Positions 54,395-64,000 of a stretch of DNA of 64,000 bases are shown here, in pieces. Location: positions 86,428,001 through 86,492,000 of the forward strand of contig OZ024741.1 of assembly GCA_964016885.1 (NCBI GenBank), given 5' to 3'. This DNA comes from Eledone cirrhosa. Its lineage: Eukaryota. The position numbers were made by a program, and so were the translations under genes. A model generated the notes under the pieces. The model was given only the letters and a program-made list of their open reading frames with translations, was not told where the DNA came from and made no database searches. Each line of letters opens with the position of its first letter. The stretch's first letter is position 1.

Positions 54395-54603
54395 CCCTTT
54401 AGCATTTAAACCGGCCATAACTCTCTCACTTCTTTCTGTTCAAACTGGCTGTAACCAGTCACTCATACTAATATTAAGGTATTATTCTCAAAATAAATAT
54501 CATCAAGATCTCATAGATTCGATATTATGAGATAATTATGTAAGATAAAGCCTTTTCTAAGGAAATACAATAGTATATATAGAGTAATGTAAATGCTAAA
54601 GGG
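54395..54603. mobile_element. piggyBac-type MITE
   Basis: TTAA|CCCTTTAGCATTT...AAATGCTAAAGGG|TTAG. Confidence 0.8.
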
Positions 54604-55812
54604 TTAGTGTTATTTCAATTTTAAATTCCAAAGCGACATATTTCTTTGATTCTATTTATGAAAAGTGTAGGAGTGTTAGTTATATTGCAATATGAAGGAA
54701 TTTGCTGTGAGGCCTATGAATGACATAGAGATGTTGTTTGCAACCAGATAAAAAAAAAAAAACTTTAAAAGAGTCAAATAATAGATAAAAGTTAGATAAA
54801 AGATGGCCAATGAAAATGTATAAACAATGAATTAATAAATGGCAACCATAGATATAACAAACAAACACCAAAAATCAACCGATGAAAACCATAGCCATAT
54901 GCAACACCCCTAATGACAACATAACAAAACAATGTTGGAAATCATCCAATGAAAATGTACACATTCCAATATATATAAAATAAACCCTTCCCTCAAAATT
55001 GCAGCGTTATCAAGCAAAAGATGTGAAGTAAAGAATTCTTTTCAAATAAATGATACATTCTACATACATTTGAAAGAATATAATATAAATACATATATAT
55101 CCCATAAGCACAGGCCTTAGCTGAAGCATATATATAGCATACACCATCTCACCCCTCCCCACCCACTCCCATGAGGACAAACTGAAGTATACATCCAGCG
55201 ACGCCTCCAGTCCATGACAAAAAGTGCTCAGTCCACGCTGTAAAGTGGTCGTGTAGGTGTCAAGTCAAAAAGCACCCAGTACACACTGTAAATGTGGTTG
55301 GTGTTAGGAAGGGCATCCAGCTGTAGAAACCAAGCCAAAATCAGCCCTGCATGAGAGTGAAATACAGTCTTCCGACCAAATCTCTCACAAAGTGACAGCC
55401 TATCCTACCCATGCTAGCATGGAAAAAGGACATTAAATGATGATGATGGTTATATATATATATATACTAGCTGAATTACCCGTGCGTTGCTGCGTTTCAC
55501 ACATTTAAAAAAAATAAAATGATGAGTGATTTTAAATCAGTGATATAATTTATGGAAAAAAAACCTTGCTTTTCCATATTACTCAATGTAAAATGTAATG
55601 CATGAAAAATTGGAAAAAATTATTTTTTGTAATATATCAAATCAAAATTACATTTTTAAATCTTATTTTGTTTCTTGTAAATAATATTTTTCAAAATATC
55701 AATTCAAAACTTGATCATTTTATTTTTGTGTAAAGCATTATTTTCAAATTAGAAATTCAAAGTTCCAATACTCAAGTTATGGGTTTCCAAAATTTATATA
55801 TATATATATATA

Positions 55813-55950
55813 GGCACATGGCTTAGTGGTTAGAGCATTGGCCTTGCAATCGAAAGGTTGTGAGTTCAATTCTCAGACCGGGTGATGTGTTGTTTCCTTG
55901 AGCAAGACACTTTATTTCCCATTGATCCAGTTTACTCAGCTGTATAAATG
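55813..55950 (+). mobile_element. tRNA-derived SINE head and body
   Basis: tggcttagtggttagagc (A box) and gagttcaattc (B box), followed by gtgttgtttccttgagcaagacacttt. Confidence 0.75.
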
Positions 55951-56630
55951 AGATGATAGGAACTGGGGTCCCTATCATTCCACTGCAAGGTGGTCATGGA
56001 GGTGCCACGGCAAAAAAACACCCAGCCCACACTGTAAATGAGGTTGGTGTTAGGAAGGGCATCCAGCTGTAGAAATCAAGCCAGAATCAGTTCCCGTCCC
56101 ACCCTTGCAAGCAGGGAAAAGTGGACGTAAAATGATGATGATGATGATATCCGTAGCCAGAATCAGTTCCCATATGAGCTAGACAAGGTCAGCCAACCGG
56201 ACACTGCCCACAACAGGACAACCCGTCTAACCCATGCTAGCGTGGAAGAACGGATGTAAAACGGTGATGATGATGATGATATATATATATATCCATGCGA
56301 AAAGTCAACAAGGAAAAACAACAGTAGAGAATGATACATTACGGTGGTGATATATATTAGTTTAATGCTTGATATAGTAGGAAAAGAGTCTTAATGTTTT
56401 GGACAATAGTCCCTCATCTGAAGATAGAATGAGGGATATAAAGATAGACAGAAGTAAGAAGAAAATTTTTTTTTATGGAAGGAAAGCACATGTGTTGTCT
56501 GTTATATATAGTAGGGAAAACAGACGTTTAATGATGATGATAATATATATAGTTAATAGTAGACAGCTAAAGTGGTGTAGAAGTATCAGAAGACATTTTA
56601 CCAAATGAATGTTATAGTACAATAAACTTA

Positions 56631-57110
56631 CTGTATATACTTGTATATAAGCCGAAAAATATATGACAAAACAAAAAAATCAATGGTAAAATGGGTGTGC
56701 AGGAGAAGCTTATTTGAGGTCAATATTTTGCTGATTTTCACCAACTTCAAATTCTAGGTAAATGAGGTGCTAAAATAGTTTTGTTTTGGTGGTGAATATT
56801 ACACCAGTTTCACTTTGAAGATGAAATTTGTTTTGCCTATTGTTTTTTTTAATACAGTTGAAAATTGGTAAACAAATCATTATGTAATGGAATTGAGAAA
56901 CAAAAACTATACTCTAAACAACACTTAAAACATTTTAAATATCAAAATATTAAAACTTCATGAATATATTTTCCACTCATGAGAATTTCAAAACTGCACC
57001 ATCTAAACATAATGTGTTGATTAGCTGCCTCAGCTTATACACAGGGTTTGGATTTTTGCCCAGTTCTCAGATATAAAATAGGGGTTCAGCTTATATTCGA
57101 GTATATATAG
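56631..57110. mobile_element. Tc1/mariner-pogo-type MITE, TA target duplication
   Basis: TA|CTGTATATACTTGTATATAAGCCG...CAGCTTATATTCGAGTATATATAG|TA; a related partial copy lies at about 24095-24280. Confidence 0.75.
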
Positions 57111-57167
57111 TAAATATAGTAATTACTATGACCTCTATTTATTAATATAATTGTTTTTAATATATAC

Positions 57168-59770
57168 ACACGGTTACGGTTCAAGAAATGAAGAAGGAGT
57201 GAGACTTCTTGAATTTTGTGATGCAGGTACATTGACTATTTGCAACACAAACTTCCAGAAACCTGCCAATCACCTAATAACCTACAAATCTGGTGAGCAC
57301 ATAAGCCAGATTGACTTCCTGCTAGTTAGGCAGCGGGACAGGCAGATAGTGTCTAATACCAAGGCATACCCTGGGGAAGAATGTACCCCACAGCATAGGT
57401 TAGTTGTTAGTGATATCTCAGTAAGCAAGAGATGGAATGAGACATATAGGAAGGCGTGGAGAAGAAAGGTCTGGAAGCTAAAAGACCTTTCACTAAAATT
57501 CAAATTTAGGAAAGCCCTTCAAGATGTATATGACGAAAAAGAAGACGATTTAGAGACGTATGACATAGATAATAACTGGAAGTTATTACGTGACAACTTG
57601 CTGAAGGCTACTGATGAAACCTGTGGCTGGAGCAGAGTTCCAACCAGACAGAGAGTGACCTGGTGGTGGAACAGCACAGTAGATAAGGCTATTAGAGACA
57701 AAAGACTAGCATGGAAGGCTTGGAAAAAGGGTGGGAGTAGGGAAGAATATACAGCCACTAAGAGAGAAGCTAGACGTCAGGTGTACTTAGCACGCAGGGA
57801 GGCAGAGAGTAGGAGGTTTGCCAATGTTCTGCGACGGGAAGATCAGAGGCGTGCGGTGTTCCACATTGCAAGGCAGTGTGTCAATGCAAATCAGGATGTT
57901 GTTGGTGATAAATGTGTCCGGGATGATGCCGGTGTACTTAGTGTCACGAATGACCAGAAAAAGGAGGCCTGGAAATGTCATTATGAGAGACTGATGAATG
58001 TGGAGAACGAATGGAAGAGAGAGAAATTACCCTTGGTAGATCCGACAGAGAGACCAGCTATTGAGATTGACGAATATAGGGTCCAAGAGGCGATTAGGGA
58101 AATGAAAAATGGTAAGGCGGCCGGACCATCGGGAATAGTTGCTGAGATGCTGAAGGCATCAGGGGACGTAGGCACTAAACTGGTTGCACGCATCATCAAT
58201 CAGGCTATATATGGTGGTGTCATACCCAAAGACTGGTGCAGCAGTATTCTCATAAATTGCTACAAAGGTAAAGGGGATGCTTTGGAGAGGAGCAATTATA
58301 GGGGTATAAAACTGATAGATCAGGTTATGAAAGTGGCAGAAAGGATTTTAGCACAACTAATTAGAGAAAGGGTCAAACTAGATGAGATGCAGTTTGGTTT
58401 TGTGCCTGGGAAGAGTACAACAGATGCCCTCTTCTTGGTGAGACAAATGCAAGAGAGGTTCTTAGAGAAGAATAAGCCACTATACTTAGCCTTTGTTGAC
58501 CTAGAGAAGGCCTTTGATAGGGTACCCCGATCTGTCATCTGGTGGTCCCTAAGGAAGCTGGGTGTTGAGGAATGGCTTGTGAGGACAGTGCAAACTTTGT
58601 ACAGAGGTACTCTCAGTAAAGTCAGGGTAGGAATGGAGTTTAGTGAGGAATTCCAGATACAAGTAGGAGTACATCAGGGTTCGGTCCTCAGCCCGCTCTT
58701 GTTCATTATAGTCCTCCAAGCCATAACAGAGGAGTTTAAGACTGGCTGTCCATGGGAACTTCTCTATGCTGACGATCTGGCTCTTATGGCAGAATCAGTA
58801 GAGGAGCTAGAGAATAAATTCCGGCTATGGAAACAGCAGTTGGAAGCAAGAGGACTGAGAGTAAATCTAGCTAAGACAAAAGTGTTGATGAGTAGAAAAG
58901 AGGACAAAACCCTGATTCCGTCAGGGAAATGGCCATGTTCGATATGCAGAAAAGGAACTGGCATAAATTCTATAAAATGCACACAATGTAGGTCCTGGAT
59001 ACACAAGAGATGTAGCAGGATAGCAGGCAAACTAACAGGTAGGGAGAAATATGTATGCAGTAGATGTACAGGGAAATTAGACAGTAGAAGTCGCACTGAT
59101 AGACACATTTTTCAAATGCGAGAGGGCGCTATAGAAGTGGTGGATAGCTTCCGGTACCTAGGAGATCAGATTAGCATGGGAGGAGGGTGTTCCGAGGCCA
59201 TAGTATCTAGAATAAGGACGGGTTGGAAGAAGTTTAGGGAGCTGCTTCCTCTGTTGACGAAGAAGGGTTTCTCCCTGCGTACGAAAGGCCGGTTGTATGA
59301 TGCCTGTGTGAGGAGCGCGATGCTGCATGGTAGTGAGACATGGGCAGCAACCGCAGAAGATATGCGACGGCTGGAGAGAAATGAGGCAAGCATGCTCCGT
59401 TGGATGTGCAGTCTAAATGTGCGTGAACGACCCAGCATAAATGTGTTGAGAGAGAAACTGTGTCTGAGAGGGATAGAATGTAGTGTACGGGAGAGGAGAC
59501 TGAGGTGGTATGACATGTGATGCGCATGGAGGATGACCGATGGGTGAAGAAGTGCCAGGAAATGCCAGTTGAAGGAAGACGTGGTAGAGGTAGACCACGA
59601 AAAACATGGGCGGAGGTGGTGAGAACAGACCTCAGATCATTGAAGCTCACGGTGGAGATGACGAGGGACCGTGACGAGTGGAGAGATGCTGTGCTGAATA
59701 AGACCCGTCCCACCCTTGCAAGCAGGGAAAAGCGGACGTAAAATGATGATGATGATGATGATGATGATGA
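57168..59770 (+). mobile_element. RTE-clade LINE, 5'-truncated: APE C-terminus, RT, PHD-like insert, thumb and (GAT)n tail
   Basis: GYGSRNEEG..SQIDF..QHRLV (EN); NYRGIKL, QFGF, FVDLEKAFDRV, QGSVLSPLLF, YADDL (RT). One 1-nt deletion near 59512 shifts the frame into ORF 59517-59741. Confidence 0.95.
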
Positions 59771-60052
59771 CACAAGGCCAGAAATTTGGGAGATGAGGAA
59801 AGTCAAATAAACTGAACTCAGAACTTTACTGGTACTGAATTCTATCAACACTTGAAAGCTGAAAGCAAAGTTGAACTTCATGGATTTGAACTTGGGATTT
59901 TAAGAACTAAAAGAAATTCCAGAAAGCATTTGACTGACACTATTAATGAATCTGCCAATTCACCACCTTTCTATATATATTAATATAATGTTAATGAAAA
60001 CATTATGCATATTGTTATGAAATGTTCAATATTTCTGATGTGTTGTTATGTT

Positions 60053-60225
60053 TAGAAGGGTCAGCTGAAAAGTTCATAGGCTGACCAAGATACTCTTATG
60101 GAATGTGACCAAATGAGGCTTATTTTTAAACATAGTCCCCTTTGCAGTCCACACACTTCTTCCATCGGTGTTGCAGTGCTTGGATCCAATTGGTGAAGAA
60201 GCTTTCATCCTGTTAGTAAAAAAGT
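60053..60225. mobile_element. mariner-like transposon terminal fragment
   Basis: tagaagggtcagctgaaaagttcataggctgac resembles TA-CGAGGG..GAAAAGT mariner TIRs; no partner TIR was seen. Confidence 0.55.
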
Positions 60226-61969
60226 CAGTAGGCACCTCTTAACCAAATATACACCCCGACCACTACCCTACTCCATCCTCCCACACCACCCTTTCTTTGT
60301 AAAGTTATGTTGGTACCACAGAACATCCAGTCCACACTAAAGTGGTTGTGTAGGAGACACAGTAAAAAGGCTCCCAGTCCACACTGTAAATGTGGTTGGT
60401 GTTAGGAAGGGCATCCAGCTGTAGAAAACCTGCCAGATACATTCATATACGAGCGAGACATGGTCACCCGACCAATCTTGCTTCAAGTGGGACAATTCTA
60501 ACCCATGCTAACCCATGCTAGCGTGGAAGACAGATGATGATGATGATGATAATATGTATTTTTTCGTCACAATGTAGGACCTAACCATTTATTCTTTGAA
60601 CAGTGTTTTCAGAATGCTTAGATAAACAGCATCAAGTGAATATTGAACAAAGAAGACACACATATCTAACGCTGTTCACAGTTTATAGATTATGAGTATA
60701 GATCAGCGACATTACTCTACCTATACCTAAAAAGTACTGGAAGATATTACAGCCACATTAGTTTTTTGCCCCATTATTAGGCCGGTAAAAACTTATAATT
60801 AACCAGGTAAGTTCACATTGTTGATGTTACAATGTTATTTCATGTTGTTTGTCTCTCAAAATATCATAATCGAATCTTTTCTGTTAATCTCATTTAGAAA
60901 TCATTATTCTCACTTTTAAGTCGTGAAGTCTCGTTTTGAAATATTTAATCTCACTTTGAACTCATATGTCCTTACTTAAAATTAAAAATACTGCAGTTAG
61001 CAAATTCATGTCTAGTAACAATCAGATTAGGTAGATTTCTATCCACAAGCACTAGAGCCACCTTTTTTCCATCTAGGGTTTATGAAATGCAACTATCACT
61101 TAGAGTGGTTTTTGTGGCAAATTCAACCTCATCTTTTCATATTTCTTCCACAAGGTGATTGAGAAATTATTTATTGCCGCCTACAAATAAACACACATCT
61201 TGTCATCAGCTCTAACATTACATCTACTAATTTAGAGCAACACTTCTCATTTTCCTGTCTACATAGCCTGAATTAATACTGTTTTCAATCTTCAAGTTAA
61301 TGCTTATATTAAGGTCCTTATAGTTCAATCCATGATCATAACAATCTATGAACAGACTGCGAGCAACCTTTAACACTGGTATTTGTCAAATGTAATGGAA
61401 AATATAAAATCACTGACCTTGGGTGGTCCTTGTTGATCATCTTTCTTATCTACTTGCATAACTTGAGAATAATACTCACCTAAACTCTGACCAGAAATCA
61501 GAGTTCTGCATAAGACCCTAGGAACACAACCTGCTGCTTTGAAATTGCCTCATGAAAGGATATGCAATTTGATCCCTTCTGCTAACCTAACATCACAACC
61601 TTTGTCCCTTCCAATGTACAATTCCCAACCCCACATCTAGGTATTACAAATAAACAGTTTAAAGAATAAGCAGTTTACCTCTTAAACAATTAGATGCTAC
61701 ACTTCATCTTTCTCTCACTTTCTCTGTATTCAGACATAAAGTGGAGATACGCTTTACCAGGTTTAAAATGCTCAAGAAACAGTGTATCAATATGGGCCCT
61801 ACAATTTCACCAGGAGTTATGGACCCAAACATACAATTACACAACAACTTATATTAGATTTGGATTAAAATTATAAAAAATAGACTGCAAAAAAATTGAC
61901 AGTTAGATATAAAAAGAAAACACTAAGAATCCGGTGTTCCTATCTATTCTATAGAAAAAATAATATTAC

Positions 61970-62152
61970 CTAAGAGGCTCAACACCTGTCTGCGATACAC
62001 TCTCCCAGGTGAAAAATAATGACCAGGTAAAACCACCAACTGCAACTCCACCATAAGAAGAAAATTCCAAATTCTGGTTATCAATACCATCAATCATGGG
62101 GCAGAGCACTTTGGTAGGATCTTTATGGATTTGAGCTAAAAGTGGGACAAGC
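61970..62152 (-). CDS. GALNT: Polypeptide N-acetylgalactosaminyltransferase, first exon visible in the window (catalytic domain)
   Basis: ttctttAG acceptor and AG|GTAATA donor; 183 nt, phase 2/2. Translates (W)LVPLLAQIHKDPTKVLCPMIDGIDNQNLEFSSYGGVAVGGFTWSLFFTW..., matching the GALNT WLEPLL..CP.ID.I..GGF.W pattern. Confidence 0.93.
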
Positions 62153-63052
62153 CTAAAGAAAGCACAGAAATCAAACATGAAAACAAATAAAAAAATTACT
62201 GTAAAAAGTAAAATATTAATATATTAGTGTGTTTAGTAAAGGTTTTATGATACAAAATATGGCAAACATGAAAGGAATGAAAAGCTTTTTAAAAAAAAAT
62301 CAATGTTAAAAGGGAGTCATAATTACGCCTTTACCATGAAAATATAATAGTATATATAGAGTAATGTGAATGCTAAAGGGTTAATGAGTCATCATTTTTG
62401 TGACATATCTTAATGAGAGTCATACTTATTGTCGTCATCATCATCATCCTTTTCTGTCTGCTTTTCCATGTTTGCATGGTTTTTCCCAGCACAGCTTCCC
62501 TCAAATTGTTGCCTTCCTTCATCTTCTCTTCTGTGAGGTTCTGCAATTTGAGACCAGTTCTCACCACTTCTGCCTAGGTCTTCCTCTACTATATCTTCTT
62601 CACTCAATGATGCTATGCATCATGTGACAATACCTATGCAAACTTCTCTTTTACACACAACATCTGATTCCACTAATACTTGTTTTTCTTTGCTGCGGGT
62701 TTTTCTTCTTTTTCTTATGCAGAAACTTAAGCTTTGACATGCAACCACTACGGATGGAAAAGGTTGGTGCACACCATGTCATGATGGCTTATTAAGACTC
62801 AAACTATCAAAAATAAAAGACCCAGGTGTAGAGATCAAGTGACACTCTGATAGACAACTTTTCAACATCTACTCCAAACTCTACTCAAGAACACTGCCCA
62901 ACATTGCCCTGATCACCAAATTTTAGTATGCAAAAGACAATTTTTCACCAGCACATACATATAAGGAGATGTAACAGTTAATTAATAACTGATCTGACTA
63001 TCAGCATAAAGAAAACCAAAATTTTCACACAACCTACTTCAAGGACAAATAC

Positions 63053-63123
<71 letters not shown>

Positions 63124-63339
63124 TAAACGGAATAGAAAATGCTGACAAATTGTTCACAGTTGAAAAATGGTTTAATTAGGAGTAAAAGAGTATTAGTGAT
63201 TGTATGGGTTAGTATTCAGTTGTGGTTTTAAGTTTTTAAGTTTTTACCGGTTGCGCATTTCTAAATGCTTTTCAAAAATAATTTTGAGATAGAGTGTCCG
63301 TGTTGTTTGCTCTGATCTGATTAGTTTGGGGAATTCTAC

Positions 63340-63585
63340 CTGTTTTTATGTTAAAAAAGTGGCTCCAGCGTTACTTTGGTGTTGCAAAAATTCTTGTGGT
63401 CAAAACAATTTTGATTGGTCGGTAGAGGTCATGTGAATGTAAAAAATTGATTTTGCGCCAAGACTGTTTTTATGTTAAAAAAGTGGCTCCAGCGCTACTT
63501 GGTGTTTGCAAAATTCTTGTGGTCAAAACAATTTTGATTGGTCGGTAGAGGTCATGTGAATAAAAAAATTGGTTTTGCGCCAAGA
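63340..63585. repeat. About 124-bp direct tandem duplication
   Basis: ctgtttttatgttaaaaaagtggctccagcg...ttttgcgccaaga occurs twice. Confidence 0.9.
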
Positions 63586-63613
63586 TTGAGAAATGACTCT
63601 TTCACAACAAATA

Positions 63614-63614
<1 letters not shown>

Positions 63615-63645
<31 letters not shown>

Positions 63646-63982
63646 GCAGAGTAATTCGTGGTAGCAGGGATGGTCAGTAAGAATGTGTCTGAAAGCAATG
63701 GGGGGTATTTTAGCATGTCAATCGAATAATGTACACCATTTTACCAGGGGGGAAAAAAATACTGGTCCACCCACACACACACACACATACACATGCGTAC
63801 ATTAACATACAAAGAGACTTATACACACACACACACACACACGCACTTCTCCGTATAAGACAAAAGCTGAAAAATATCTTTTGACATGCTAAAATACCCC
63901 CATTGCTTTCAGACACATTCTTACTGACCATCCCTGCTACCACGAATTACTCTGCTATATACACACACACACACACACACAC
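63615..63982. repeat. Near-perfect inverted repeat (about 80 bp unique arms plus (TG)n/(CA)n)
   Basis: 63641-63721 is the reverse complement of 63881-63960 except for one G in a homopolymer. Confidence 0.93.
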
Positions 63983-64000
63983 TTATCTTAATAGCCATTT

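Noticed and set aside
55813-55885. tRNA gene (also similar heads at about 44710 and 28128)
   Set aside because: A and B boxes are present, but no convincing acceptor stem is seen and it continues into a SINE body.

Overview
AT-rich, repeat-dense eukaryotic (animal) genomic DNA. The TA/CA microsatellites, SINE types and RTE/Penelope load suggest an octopus or other coleoid cephalopod, which is an inference. The one clear host gene is the 3' part of a polypeptide N-acetylgalactosaminyltransferase (GALNT family, resembling the pgant1/gly-9 type) on the minus strand. I traced 8 exons with canonical GT-AG borders and consistent phases from 62152 to the stop at 25941; its 5' exons lie beyond the window. 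The rest is mostly transposon-derived: a decayed Naiad-type Penelope-like element with direct and inverted pseudo-LTRs (3219-11497), other Penelope GIY-YIG fragments, RTE/CR1/CRE LINE pieces (one 5'-truncated RTE with a single frameshift and a PHD-like insert), SINEs, TTAA and TA MITEs, and two homogeneous minisatellites. The most unusual items are (i) a scrambled Gypsy element bounded by two outward-facing U5 LTR ends (a long terminal inverted repeat) with a matching 4-bp flank, and (ii) many fold-back repeats, several carrying hammerhead-ribozyme core motifs. I cannot confirm a new biological system from sequence alone.
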